DNA of 64,000 nucleotides from Candidatus Latescibacterota bacterium (GTDB lineage Bacteria > Latescibacterota > CBDEFO01): positions 128,001 through 192,000 of the forward strand of contig CBDEFO010000007.1 of assembly GCA_965237525.1 (NCBI GenBank), read 5' to 3'. Position numbers and translations under genes: made by a program. Position 1 is the stretch's first letter, and each line of letters starts with the position of its first letter. This document shows, piece after piece, positions 22,705-33,149 of the stretch. Below the pieces are notes generated by a model. It ran no database searches. It saw only the letters and a program-made list of their open reading frames with translations, and was not told where the DNA came from.

Positions 22705-23305
22705 AGGCGCCGTGGGTAATATCATCAGTATCGTCAATATCCAGAATGATACCCTTTGGTGGTTTTTCATATGAATCTATGAACCGATCTACGAATACTT
22801 CTTCTATTTTGTAGAGTTCTTTGGAGCAGATGGAGTTTTCAAAACGACTCATAGTGGGCTGACTTGCCAAATGGGCCTCAGAGGGGAGCCTGTCGCAGGA
22901 GACCTTGAACCCAGGATCGGCCCTCAGATAATCTGAATCGTTAGTATCTTCATAACCACATATAATCTGAAAAATACGTTGATTCAGGAGTTCCCCGATA
23001 TGATGCTGTACATAGCTTTGATGACGATCATCACCTATAGCCTCTGCAAGGTGTTCTATGATCCCAATTTTCTTTGCAACTTCTTTCAAAGCAAGGACTC
23101 CAGCATCGGATGTCACATCTCCACCGGTGAAATCTACAGTCACTTTCTTGCCAGAAACGTCTTTCAACTTAAGCGAAACTTGTATATCTTCATTCATGGC
23201 AGTGCCTCTTTAATTTTCGGGATTGTTTTTGTAATTATACTACCTAACTATAATACAATTCAATCCCTTAATTAATGCACTGCCTTTTCTCGTTAATTAT
23301 TCGGG
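22705..23305 (-). mobile_element. Truncated IS1380-family element (left end plus 5' third of the transposase, ATG 23197)
   Basis: VDFTGGDVTSDAGVL, QRIFQIICGYEDTNDSDYLRADP, LASQPTMSRFEN and ILDIDDTDDITHG, then the sequence breaks off. Terminal CCCGAATAATT at 23305 abuts the upstream gene's stop codon. Confidence 0.85.
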
Positions 23306-23902
23306 TTAGGTCTTTTTCTGGGCTTCTTCTTTTTCCAGAATCTCTTTTATCTCCTCCTCTCGCCATTTAGCTCTGTCGAATTTAAGATGCTCAGCTGTGA
23401 CGTTTCGGGGAATTTCAAATACGATCTGTCCTCTTATCACCTCGTCCCTTTCCAAGTAGAACTCTCCAAACTCGCCGCCCTGCTCTATAAACAGTGGTGA
23501 ATTGGACAGAGGAAAGTGATCCTTTCCGTCTGAGTCCACAAGTAAAAAGCATTCTCTTAGGGTCGGATAGGCAAGTTTGAAGCGACATTCCATCTCCAAG
23601 TAGAGCACAACGAACTGCTTGTCCTTCCGTGGAATAACGCCCTGATACCTCGGTACGGTCACCACCTTGTCCACAGTGACGATCATAGGTTTCCTCACCC
23701 TCGATGCTAAATCGGGTAGCATTTCAAAGGGAGAAAGTGATGAGTCTTTGAACTGCATGTAGAGCATAACAGGTATCGTTAAAATAGCCAGTCCAAAGAC
23801 CAATCTGTGAACAAGAAGTATTTTTCCCGTGCTCCTCTTTAAGAGGGACTCTCCAGATCGGGAGTATTTACTTTGGCGGCTGTATCTATCTTTCCCTATC
23901 AT
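23306..23902 (-). CDS. Membrane-anchored DUF4352-like protein
   Basis: One TM segment, then KQFVVLYLEM...FLLVDSDGK...IRGQIVFEIP, which resembles DUF4352. Confidence 0.55.
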   Translation of the reverse strand: MIGKDRYSRQSKYSRSGESLLKRSTGKILLVHRLVFGLAILTIPVMLYMQFKDSSLSPFEMLPDLASRVRKPMIVTVDKVVTVPRYQGVIPRKDKQFVVLYLEMECRFKLAYPTLRECFLLVDSDGKDHFPLSNSPLFIEQGGEFGEFYLERDEVIRGQIVFEIPRNVTAEHLKFDRAKWREEEIKEILEKEEAQKKT

Positions 23903-23904
23903 AG

Positions 23905-24172
23905 CCCGATTAATTCATAAACTTGGTGGAGTCATTGTGAGGAGCAAAGCGGTCCCCGATTGAGTCTATCGGGGAAGCAATCTCAAGGTTTTATAGTGGT
24001 CTCCTATGAGAGCCGCAGAGTATTACATCTACCACAGTAACCCCCGATTAAATCTATCGGGGGGATTGCTTCGCCTTCGGCTCGCAATGACACCGAAGGC
24101 GGTTAAACGGCATAACTATAATATAATACAAACCCTTAATTAAAACACGTCCTTTTTTGTGAATTATTCGGG
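23905..24172. mobile_element. MITE copy 2 (268 bp), with an extra internal palindrome
   Basis: Same TIRs; TSD ATAG at 23901-23904 and 24173-24176; inserted right at the start codon of the DUF4352-like gene. Confidence 0.9.
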
Positions 24173-24192
24173 ATAGGAAACCATTGTGCTGT

Positions 24193-24672
24193 CTATTTAA
24201 ATTTCTCTGTCAATCTTCGATAGGTTTCCTCCAGTCCCTCAGAGATCACCTTGGTATCCCCAATTATGGGCATAAAATTCGTATCCCCTTTCCATCTGGG
24301 AACGATGTGCAGATGAACGTGCTCTTCTATGCCCGCTCCGGCGACGCGGCCTATGTTCATTCCCATGTTGAAGCCCTGGGGATTCAAGGCTTCCTGGAGA
24401 GTAGACAGGGACATCTCCATTAACTTGAACATCTCCAGCTTCTCGTCGTCCGACAGATCGCCGATCTGAGAGGTATGTCTCTTAGGAACGATCATCAGAT
24501 GGCCGTTGTTGTAAGGGAAGAGGTTCATAATAACATATACCACTTTTCCCCTTTTGAGGATCAGATTCTCCTTATCTTTGTTCTCCTCCCACTTGTCGCA
24601 GAATATGCAACCTTGGGAGTTGTCAACGCTCTCTATGTATTTGATCCTCCAGGGCGCCCAGAGATTTTCCAT
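24193..24672 (-). CDS. HIT-family hydrolase (Ap4A phosphorylase/hydrolase type)
   Basis: LWAPWR, CIFC, NLFPYNNGHLMIVP and HVHLHIVPRWKGD. Confidence 0.93.
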   Translation of the reverse strand: MENLWAPWRIKYIESVDNSQGCIFCDKWEENKDKENLILKRGKVVYVIMNLFPYNNGHLMIVPKRHTSQIGDLSDDEKLEMFKLMEMSLSTLQEALNPQGFNMGMNIGRVAGAGIEEHVHLHIVPRWKGDTNFMPIIGDTKVISEGLEETYRRLTEKFK

Positions 24673-24680
24673 AGTTTGTC

Positions 24681-26561
24681 CTATCTTTTTATGGCTATTT
24701 TCCCAGTCTTTTCAAAGTCTTTAGCCTGGATGAGATAGTAATAAATACCGCTTGACACATCTTCGCCTGAGGCATTCTGCCCGTTCCAGAATGGGACTCT
24801 GCTCCCTTTAGTGTAGTCTCCGGCCTGAAGCAAGCTGTTGAAGGCAATAATACTCCTCACCAGTTCGCCAGAGGATGAGAATATGCTCAAAGACACCGCA
24901 GAGTCTTGCGCTAAACTGATGGGGAAGAATATACTGCCGCTTGAAGGATTGGGAAAGGGAGATTCGACCACTGTCTGGCTCGTAGTGGCGCTGGGATCAA
25001 ATATCGGATCTCGATCTTCTCCGTGTACCAGAGTATTCAGCGTATCTGCCGCCGCTAATCTTGCGGCGGCGTGGGCGTCCACTAATCCCCAACCGTAGAG
25101 CGTATCGGGTCCGGAGGGCCCCAGGTCTTTTGCTGTCTCCTTGAGGCTCCCTATTATCTGGGCAGGGCCCCACGAAGGATTGATCTGCAGAAGGAGAACG
25201 CACGCTCCTGCTACCACAGGAGCCGAAAAAGACGTGCCGTTGCGAGATTCATAGGAGTTAGGATCATTTGACGAAGCTACGACGACGTTGATTCCCCTTG
25301 CCACGACGTCCGGCTTTATCCGACTGTCGGCTGTCGGACCGAGGGAACTGAAGGTCGCCAGTCCGTTCCCTGCGTCAATAGCTCCCACTGTTATAACGCT
25401 TTCGGCGTCAGCGGGAACGGTTATCTTCTGCCAGGGAGTGTTCCCCTGGTTCCCGGCGGAGACTACGACCGTAATCCCCTTTAAGACCGCTATCTGGGCT
25501 GCAATAGTAGTCTTGGCGGTCTTTCCGTCCAGATCCTTGAGAGTATAACTTTCCCCCGTCCCTTCATCCCAGATATTATATCCCAGGGAACTGCTGACCA
25601 CATCTGCGCCGAGGCTGTCGGCCCACTCTATTCCGGCGAGCCAGAAGTCCTCCTCTATAGGCGTCTCGCTGGATACATCTTCGGTCTTCCCCAGAGCAAA
25701 CTCGGCGCCGAAGGCGGCCCCCACAAAATTTCCGGGATCGTAGCCTCCTATCGTCGAAAGGACCCAGGTTCCGTGAGATTCCTGCGGTCTCCCATGTTCA
25801 TCCTGGCCGTCCTGTCCCGGCTCGTCACGGACGTCGTCGTCTTTGTTTATGAAGTCCCTTTGAGCTACTATGTTTATCCCGGAAAACGCATTATGATTTA
25901 TGTCGTAGCCGGTATCCAGAAGGCATATTCTCACTCCTTCGCCGTGGTACCCCATGTCGTGGACAGCTATTACTCCTATATGATTCAGTTGGTCAAACGA
26001 CAGCCCGTAGTCAATTGTGGTGGAAGTACTTTCCTCTCTGTCGCGAAGAATTTTAGGAGAAATGTCCGAGGGAGACGGCTCAGAGCGTCTGTAGTGTTTT
26101 ACAGTTTCCACGAATTTAACGTATGAAAGCTCTTTTATCCCTTCGATCTGTTCTGCATTAGCCGAGACACTGACTCCGTTGAGCCAGCGGGAGACGACTC
26201 TGATTTTGGCTCCTGTCTTTTTTACCCCCTCTATGTATTCCTCATACACGGGCAGATCCCGAAAGTCCACCAACTCCTCTTGGGGCAAAACTTTTGCCCT
26301 CCTTTTCAAAGAGCGTTCGGATATTTGCCGGAAAGCCTTTTTATTCAGTTGGGACGAGCCGATGTCTCCCTTATCTTTAAACATCGCCCAGACGTTGTAG
26401 GTTTCATTTTCATCCCTACGGGACATCTTATCTCTAAGTTCCGCACTTATCTTGAAAGAGGGAAAAATACCTGCATAGCAGTATAAGGGAGCAATAAGAG
26501 AAATTATAATTGCGATTCCCACGATGCGGTTTTTGAACAGCCCCTTTATCCTATCTTTCAT
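24681..26561 (-). CDS. S8 subtilisin-like serine protease with FlgD/T9SS-like tail
   Basis: Catalytic LLDTG, SHGT and GTSFSAP; tail PFPNP...WNGQN...SSGIYYY...GKIAIKR. Confidence 0.92.
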   Translation of the reverse strand: MKDRIKGLFKNRIVGIAIIISLIAPLYCYAGIFPSFKISAELRDKMSRRDENETYNVWAMFKDKGDIGSSQLNKKAFRQISERSLKRRAKVLPQEELVDFRDLPVYEEYIEGVKKTGAKIRVVSRWLNGVSVSANAEQIEGIKELSYVKFVETVKHYRRSEPSPSDISPKILRDREESTSTTIDYGLSFDQLNHIGVIAVHDMGYHGEGVRICLLDTGYDINHNAFSGINIVAQRDFINKDDDVRDEPGQDGQDEHGRPQESHGTWVLSTIGGYDPGNFVGAAFGAEFALGKTEDVSSETPIEEDFWLAGIEWADSLGADVVSSSLGYNIWDEGTGESYTLKDLDGKTAKTTIAAQIAVLKGITVVVSAGNQGNTPWQKITVPADAESVITVGAIDAGNGLATFSSLGPTADSRIKPDVVARGINVVVASSNDPNSYESRNGTSFSAPVVAGACVLLLQINPSWGPAQIIGSLKETAKDLGPSGPDTLYGWGLVDAHAAARLAAADTLNTLVHGEDRDPIFDPSATTSQTVVESPFPNPSSGSIFFPISLAQDSAVSLSIFSSSGELVRSIIAFNSLLQAGDYTKGSRVPFWNGQNASGEDVSSGIYYYLIQAKDFEKTGKIAIKR

Positions 26562-26565
26562 CCTT

Positions 26566-27246
26566 CTATCTTGTGTCTATCACCTCCACGCCTTGGGGAG
26601 GGCTAAATTGAAAGATGGAATCTTCCAGATCGGAATCTATCACCACGTTGGACAGTACATAGGTAGTTACATCCTCGTTTACATCCATCTGTTTCACCTT
26701 CAAGGTCACCCACTCTTTTTTATCTATCCATACTTTCATCCTGGTGATATAAGCATCCTTGCTGTTGGAGGTAAGCTCCAGGATGTGACATTTCTTCCCA
26801 GCCATCCTATCCTCGCCCAAATAGAGCGGATCGTAGTTTTGTGTGTACTCGAACAGTATCTTTTCTGGGCTGTCGGGATTACCCTGTGGATCGTATCTGG
26901 ATATGAGGACCTGATTGTTGTCGGGAGTATAGTTCCAGAGGTCTTTCCCATCTGTCACCAATGTCTGTTGATCGGTCTGAAGTCTGAATTTATGGGGCTT
27001 TTTGATGTATAACTTGCCCTTGAACTTCTGAGTCTGTTCGGCCAGTGACCAGTAGAAAGTCTTCTTAAAATCCGCCGAGAAGTCCTTCATATTCGCGAAC
27101 TTCTCCCTGACCTTTTTAAGCACCTCCTCCCCTTCAAGGGCGTGAGATGGGGAGTAAAAGCCAAGGATAAGAGCGAAATAGATTATGAGGATAATCATAC
27201 GCGAAATGGCGCTTAACATCTTTGGCCTTTGCGAAGTGCAGAGCAT
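26566..27246 (-). CDS. lolA: Outer-membrane lipoprotein carrier protein
   Basis: FSADF, GKLYIKKPHKFRL, LVTDGKDLWNY and FQFSPPQGVEVID; syntenic with ftsK. Confidence 0.85.
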   Translation of the reverse strand: MLCTSQRPKMLSAISRMIILIIYFALILGFYSPSHALEGEEVLKKVREKFANMKDFSADFKKTFYWSLAEQTQKFKGKLYIKKPHKFRLQTDQQTLVTDGKDLWNYTPDNNQVLISRYDPQGNPDSPEKILFEYTQNYDPLYLGEDRMAGKKCHILELTSNSKDAYITRMKVWIDKKEWVTLKVKQMDVNEDVTTYVLSNVVIDSDLEDSIFQFSPPQGVEVIDTR

Positions 27247-27288
27247 TTTGGCGAATTCTTACACTTTGAACAGTTCAATGGTGCAAGG

Positions 27289-27885
27289 CTAGGAATCTGT
27301 TGCGATACTAATTTTGCGAACTAAGTAGTCTACGACCTGGAATATGACAATCAGGCCTATCAGTGTCTTTGCCATCAGAGTCAGCGTATAGCCAATAAGC
27401 AAGAAGACACCAGCCCAATCCTTTGTTATTGTCAGGTGTTTCGCTAATGACTCGTATTTTAGTGATAACCTGGCATTGACAAAATTTGCAACCTCGTTCG
27501 GCCACTTGAAAAACCAATACCAGTTTGTAGAAAGGAAGAAAGTGGTACCCAACAGCCTTACCGGGAGTTATAGTATATGAGTAATTCGTGGCCTCAGCAA
27601 TGACCTTATGTATTCTGTAAATGCAGAATAGCCAATAAATCCACCGATCAGGGCTATTAGAATAGACAAGAGGGCTACTTTATCAGCAGTGGTGGGATCT
27701 ATAATCTCTTCTATTATAGGGAGATTGCTGATATTATCGACCACAAGGAGCGCTGCCACAATGATGTATCCAATCCACATTTTGGGGAGAGCAGATGAAA
27801 TATGCTCTTTTGGTGATTGAATCTCGTTGATGGTGTCCTTTTCCTTCAGAAGCCAGACAAAACTGGCTATCTTCCAGCATCCCAA
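27289..27885 (-). pseudogene. Degenerate multi-TM membrane protein with an internal TAA
   Basis: ORFs 27568..27885 and 27289..27552 are in the same frame, separated by one TAA; both are hydrophobic. Confidence 0.45.
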
Positions 27886-30138
27886 CTATTCATCATCTCC
27901 CATTTCCAATTCTTCAAGATAGCTATCATCCACAAGGACTTCTCTTGCCTTGCTCCCGTCGGCAGGACCCACTATTCCCTCAGCTTCAAGCTCGTCCATG
28001 ATCCTTCCTGCTCTGGAGTATCCGACCTTTAGTCTGCGCTGGAGGAAGGAAGTTGATCCCTGCTGGTGCAGGATAATCAGCCTTGCTGCGTCTTCGAACA
28101 ACTCGTCTCTTTCGCCGCGTACACCGCCTCTTATAGCCTCGCCCTGTTCATCGAATATCGCGACCTCTTCAGCATTTATCTTCTGAACTTTTATCGCCTC
28201 CACTATGCGCTCTACTTCCTCAGTGGAAATGTAAGCGCCGTGAATCCTTACTGGTTCGGGCTGACCCACAGGGATGAAGAGCATATCCCCGCTTCCAATG
28301 AGACTCTCTGCGCCGTTGGTGTCTAAAATAGTTCTGGAGTCCACCTTGGAGGCGACCTGAAAGGCTATTCTTGAGGGGAAATTGGCCTTTATCACCCCTG
28401 TGATGATATTCACAGAGGGGCGCTGTGTCGCCAGGATCAGGTGTATGCCGATCGCCCTTGCCATCTGCGCCAGCCGCGCTATCGAATCCTCAATGTCCCT
28501 CGATGCAGTCAACATCAGATCTGCAAGCTCATCTATAATGATCACTATATAGGGCATGCGAGGCGGCACATCGTGGTCCTCCCTCGATTCTGCCGGTGGC
28601 GGTAGACGTTCTACCTTTCGGTTGTAATCATCTATATTCCTGACGCCTAATTTTACCATGTTTCTGTAGCGGGTTTCCATTTCCGCCACGGCCCACTTTA
28701 GAGCCTCAGATGCACTCTGCGGATCTGTAACGACAGGCGTCAGAAGATGGGGTATATCGTTATAGACCGAAAGTTCCAGCATCTTGGGATCTACCAGGAT
28801 CAATCTTACCTCCTCGGGGGTGGATCTGAATAGCAGACTGTTGATCAAAGCATTTAAGCACATGCTTTTGCCGCTGCCCGTTGCTCCGGCTATCAAAAGA
28901 TGCGGCATCTTTACCAGGTCAACGCAGTAAGGTTCTCCCCAGGTGGTCTTGCCGAGGGCAAAGAGTGTCTTGGACGTAGATTCCCTGAATTGGTCCGATT
29001 CCACTATCTCCTTGAGGTAGACCACAGAAGGCTCCTGATTGGGGACTTCAATCCCGACTACGGCTTTGCCCGGTATGGGAGCCTGAATCCTGATCCTTTT
29101 GGCTTTCATGACTAAGGCTAAGTCATCGACAAGAGCGACTATCCTGTTGACTTTGACCCCCGGCGCCGGCTCCACCTCATAGCGCGTTATCACAGGACCC
29201 GGGGTTACCTGTACGATCTTGCCGTCTATTCCGAAGTTGAAGAGTCCCTTCTCCACTACCGCTGCGCTCTTCATAAGCTCCTCTCTTTTGGGTTTGCTCT
29301 TCTCTTCGGGCAAGTCCTCCAAGAGCAGGGAGGATGGATATTCGTATATTATCTCCTCATCCTCATATCCTTCGGGGTCAGAGATCTCTGCTCGTGGCAG
29401 ACGTTCTTCACTATCATCCAAAGGGTCCACTATCTCTGGCTCGTGATACTCTATCACCTGGGGAGACGCGACGCTCTTCCGTTTAACCTTAACTGTAGGA
29501 CTACCTTTGGCGTTATTGCTTTCTTTGTCAGGCTCTGTGGAACGTCCACCACGATTGGATTTTGATTTTCCATCCTTCTGTTTTGACCTTCTGTTTTTGA
29601 TTCTGGTTCCGAACACCTCTCCTTTGGCTCTGATCTTGTCGGACACGGACGCTATAATCTTGGAGAGGCTGATTCTGGTAGCCGCGACAACTGTGACGAG
29701 GAAGAAAGCCGCTATCAGCACGTACGAACCGCCCTTTCCTAAATAGGGCAGCAGCACTTTAGTGGAGAGATTAAGTCCTAACCAACCTCCCAGTACAGAG
29801 CCTACATCCTCATTTGCTCCGGACGCCAATCCCGCCGCTCCGCAGTAGAGGGTTATAATAAGCAAGAGCGCAAGAGTCTTTATCAGGGATTCGGCGGCAT
29901 CTGTTCTGCGGAGCCTGTCCCATCCCCAGATTAAGAAGAACAGAGGGAGTGCAAAGGCTGCATATCCGACCCCTCGAAGCGCCAGGGACGATATGTATTC
30001 CCCGGCTTTGCCCGCCCAATTTCCATCTGTGACATCGTGAGGGATAAGGCTTATGGCTATCAATATGGATATAGCTATCAGAACGACGCCCAATATCTCA
30101 GATATCTTTCCATCGGACGCATTTGCATTATCAAGCAC
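27886..30138 (-). CDS. ftsK: DNA translocase FtsK
   Basis: Four N-terminal TMs; GPVITRYE, MPHLLIAGATGSGKS, IIDELADLM, ATQRPSV; gamma domain LQRRLKVGYSRAGR. Confidence 0.97.
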   Translation of the reverse strand: MLDNANASDGKISEILGVVLIAISILIAISLIPHDVTDGNWAGKAGEYISSLALRGVGYAAFALPLFFLIWGWDRLRRTDAAESLIKTLALLLIITLYCGAAGLASGANEDVGSVLGGWLGLNLSTKVLLPYLGKGGSYVLIAAFFLVTVVAATRISLSKIIASVSDKIRAKGEVFGTRIKNRRSKQKDGKSKSNRGGRSTEPDKESNNAKGSPTVKVKRKSVASPQVIEYHEPEIVDPLDDSEERLPRAEISDPEGYEDEEIIYEYPSSLLLEDLPEEKSKPKREELMKSAAVVEKGLFNFGIDGKIVQVTPGPVITRYEVEPAPGVKVNRIVALVDDLALVMKAKRIRIQAPIPGKAVVGIEVPNQEPSVVYLKEIVESDQFRESTSKTLFALGKTTWGEPYCVDLVKMPHLLIAGATGSGKSMCLNALINSLLFRSTPEEVRLILVDPKMLELSVYNDIPHLLTPVVTDPQSASEALKWAVAEMETRYRNMVKLGVRNIDDYNRKVERLPPPAESREDHDVPPRMPYIVIIIDELADLMLTASRDIEDSIARLAQMARAIGIHLILATQRPSVNIITGVIKANFPSRIAFQVASKVDSRTILDTNGAESLIGSGDMLFIPVGQPEPVRIHGAYISTEEVERIVEAIKVQKINAEEVAIFDEQGEAIRGGVRGERDELFEDAARLIILHQQGSTSFLQRRLKVGYSRAGRIMDELEAEGIVGPADGSKAREVLVDDSYLEELEMGDDE

Positions 30139-30164
30139 TCTTTCTCCCCCCTTGTTTTCAATCT

Positions 30165-30395
30165 TTAAAAAGGGAATACCTTATCTATATTCGCTTTTAG
30201 GTACTCTTCTTCCCTTATCTTCTCTATATCCTCTTTGGACCGATAGACAAACAGAGTTCCGCATCGCTTGCAGACGCCGTAGAGCTTATCGTCCCCCGGG
30301 TGTCTTTCGATCGGGATGTTCGCAACTTCTCCCCTGCAGACATGCACCACATAATCAGAGTCACTTACAAAGACAACGTCTTTACCCATAAGCAA
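30165..30395 (-). CDS. Small hypothetical protein, possible Zn-ribbon (HVC...CKRC)
   Basis: Fits tightly between glnD and ftsK on the same strand; CxxC motif. Confidence 0.5.
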   Translation of the reverse strand: MLMGKDVVFVSDSDYVVHVCRGEVANIPIERHPGDDKLYGVCKRCGTLFVYRSKEDIEKIREEEYLKANIDKVFPF

Positions 30396-30416
30396 TCTCG
30401 TTTTTCGTCTTTGACT

Positions 30417-33110
30417 TCAACTAATCCTATCTAAGAGTGTATCTGCTATTATCTCCTGCTCATCTGGGTAGGTGATCCTGCTCCCGTCTACTTTGGTTAT
30501 GTAGAAGGCATCCACTGTCTGATCGACTTCTGTTGTGATCTTGGCTGTGTGTATATCCAACCCAAGATCCGAAAGCGTCCGCGTGATCTTGTAGAGGAGG
30601 CCGACGGTGTCCTGCGCGAATACGTCTATTACCGTGTATATATCGGACACACCGGCTTCGAAGACGACCTTTGTCGGGCGCGCAGATTCGGGAGGCTCTT
30701 TTCTTTTTGACCACCGTCTTTCGTGTTGGCGGAATAGGAGTTCGGTGCTTTGGTGTCCCCCGAAGATATCCTGAAGCTGCTTTTCTACCTCCGCCCAGCT
30801 TCCGGCGCGCACAGGACCGTGCGTCTCTGCGTCTGTAACCCGGAAGGTATCCAATGCCGTGTGGTCCGCTCTGGTGTATATCTCGGCGCTGAAGATATTG
30901 ATGTCGTTGACTGCAAGGATCGCACAGATTTGGGAGAGCAGATAGGGTCTATCCTTTGCGGCAAAATGGACGGATGTAAACTGGCTTTCTGGTTGTGGAG
31001 AAAGTGCAATAGGTTGTGTGTCCAGGGAATCCACAAGTTTTATATGTGTCCTTATATGTTCTGCATCGTTTGACAGGACGTATCTGGGGGGGAGGCTCCG
31101 TATATGGTTTCGGATTTTGTCTTCGGGAAATTCGTCCTGAAGCTGAGTTAGGATCTTCTTGAGAGCATCTTCGGCTTTTTGTTTTTCCTCCTCTTCCTTT
31201 GCCCCTGAGGTAATTCTTTCTGAGGTTTTGTAGTAAAGGTCAGTAAGGAGAGTCTCTTTCCAGTCTGTGAGTGCTTCCTTTGTAAGCGCAGACAGGTCTG
31301 CATAATTAAGCAGATATAGCATCTTTAACGTTTCAAGGTCGGGGAATGTTTCTGCGAAGGTCTCTTTGAACTTGGGATCGTTAAAGTCCCTCCTTTGCGA
31401 GTTCTGGGACATTATCAGGTGATTGGCGACGAGGAACTCTACAGTGTCCCTTTCCTTGTCGCAGAAATTCCAGCGCGAAAGGACTTCCCTGGATAGCTGG
31501 GCGCCTCTTTTTGAGTGATCCTTGCCCTCTCCCTTGCCGATGTCATGGAAAAGGATGGCAAGGTAAAGCAATTCTATTTTCCCTGTAATTTCGTAGAGCA
31601 CCCTTGCTATTGTGTATGGTGAACCGTTACCTCTGATTCTTTCTATGTTCTCGATTGCGACAAGTGTATGTTCATCCGCTGTGAAGACGTGGTATGTGTC
31701 GTACTGGACCAGACAATTTATCCGTCCAAATTCGGGGATGTAGCTTTCAAGGACCCCAAGTTCGTGCATGGAAAAGAGCGTAGATGCCACTCCGTAAGGG
31801 GCTTTCAATATCTTTAAAAACATGTCTCTATTTTGGGGTGATCTTCGAAAATCGTCGTCTACTAAATCGAGGTCTATTCTTATCTGTCTGTAAGCAGTTT
31901 CGCTTATGCAGGCTCTATATCTTTGAGCCTGGAAGAAGATGCTCAAGAGCCTTGTGGGGTCTTCTTTGAAAAAACTGCTTCTCCTTTTGGGCAGATATAT
32001 CTCACCTCCGGAAAGGATGGTGCCATCCGCAAGGTCTTTCTTGGGGAATCTTAGGAGCTTGGAATTCTTGCCCCCAAGTTTGTTGCAGAGCAGATCGGAG
32101 ATATGCTTGGTATTCCTGGCTTGAAGGTAATAGTTGCGCATAAAATCTTCTACAGCTAGCCCTTCAGGACTGTCGCAATATCCCAGGGCTTTAGCTATCT
32201 GAGGTTGAAGTTCGTATCTGAGGACATCGGACTTGGCTCCTTCCAGAAAGTGGAGTTCATTGCGGACTTCAAGTAGAAAGTCCAGAGCCCCTACATAAAG
32301 GTGATAGTCTCTTTTAGGGAGGAGTTTCGATGAAAGCAGACTTTCAAGGAAGAAAGAGCCTTTCCGGGCTTTCAGGAGCCACTGGACAGTATGTATATCT
32401 CTAAGGCCGCCGGGACTCTCTTTGACGTTGGGTTCTAAGAGTTGGACTGAAAGACCCGTCCTTGCGTGGCGCTGGTTTTTCTCTGCTAACTTGGCTTTGA
32501 TAAAGGCTCTGTCATTTAACTGCCCAACTATTGCGTCCTGAAATTCTCTGTAAAGGCTCGTATTGCCCGCAAGGTATCTGGATTCGAGCATTGCGGTCTT
32601 GGAGGTGATATCCCTTTTAGCCTGATGGACACATTCTTTTGGGGTCCTTACACTGTGTCCGATATCAAAACGGAGATCCCATAGGAGATAGAGGATACCT
32701 TTTACTATTTTCTCCGTCTTCTGGTCGTGGGACCTGATAATGAAGAGGATATCCACATCTGATTGAGGATTAAGAAGACCCCTTCCGTACCCGCCGAGAG
32801 CCGCAACGGCACAGGGTGCTAAGTGCACTCCGTGCGAACCGTCTCTATGGCGATATCCCAGTATATCCTGAGTCATCTTTTCATAGGCCCTTTTGATCAC
32901 GTTGTCCACCATCTGGCAGAGGGCGGAGGAGACGGATATCCCATGAGCGCCCGATCTGTGGAGATTGAGTATCCCCTGTCTTTGGGACTCAAGGAAGCTC
33001 TTGAAGACCTGGACTGCCTCTCTTTCGGAGGGTGTCTCTGATGCGGAACTCCCACTGCGGGTGGAGTTCCTGCTGCCAGAGGCCAAAGATGTCCCTCTAT
33101 TGTTGGTCAT
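30417..33110 (-). CDS. glnD: [Protein-PII] uridylyltransferase/uridylyl-removing enzyme
   Basis: ALGGYGRG...SDVDIL, EPNVKESPGGLRDI, HD motif (LFHDIGKG) and two ACT domains. Confidence 0.96.
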   Translation of the reverse strand: MTNNRGTSLASGSRNSTRSGSSASETPSEREAVQVFKSFLESQRQGILNLHRSGAHGISVSSALCQMVDNVIKRAYEKMTQDILGYRHRDGSHGVHLAPCAVAALGGYGRGLLNPQSDVDILFIIRSHDQKTEKIVKGILYLLWDLRFDIGHSVRTPKECVHQAKRDITSKTAMLESRYLAGNTSLYREFQDAIVGQLNDRAFIKAKLAEKNQRHARTGLSVQLLEPNVKESPGGLRDIHTVQWLLKARKGSFFLESLLSSKLLPKRDYHLYVGALDFLLEVRNELHFLEGAKSDVLRYELQPQIAKALGYCDSPEGLAVEDFMRNYYLQARNTKHISDLLCNKLGGKNSKLLRFPKKDLADGTILSGGEIYLPKRRSSFFKEDPTRLLSIFFQAQRYRACISETAYRQIRIDLDLVDDDFRRSPQNRDMFLKILKAPYGVASTLFSMHELGVLESYIPEFGRINCLVQYDTYHVFTADEHTLVAIENIERIRGNGSPYTIARVLYEITGKIELLYLAILFHDIGKGEGKDHSKRGAQLSREVLSRWNFCDKERDTVEFLVANHLIMSQNSQRRDFNDPKFKETFAETFPDLETLKMLYLLNYADLSALTKEALTDWKETLLTDLYYKTSERITSGAKEEEEKQKAEDALKKILTQLQDEFPEDKIRNHIRSLPPRYVLSNDAEHIRTHIKLVDSLDTQPIALSPQPESQFTSVHFAAKDRPYLLSQICAILAVNDINIFSAEIYTRADHTALDTFRVTDAETHGPVRAGSWAEVEKQLQDIFGGHQSTELLFRQHERRWSKRKEPPESARPTKVVFEAGVSDIYTVIDVFAQDTVGLLYKITRTLSDLGLDIHTAKITTEVDQTVDAFYITKVDGSRITYPDEQEIIADTLLDRIS

Positions 33111-33149
33111 TTGGTCCTACTCTCGGTAATTTCCACAAAAGCCTTATGG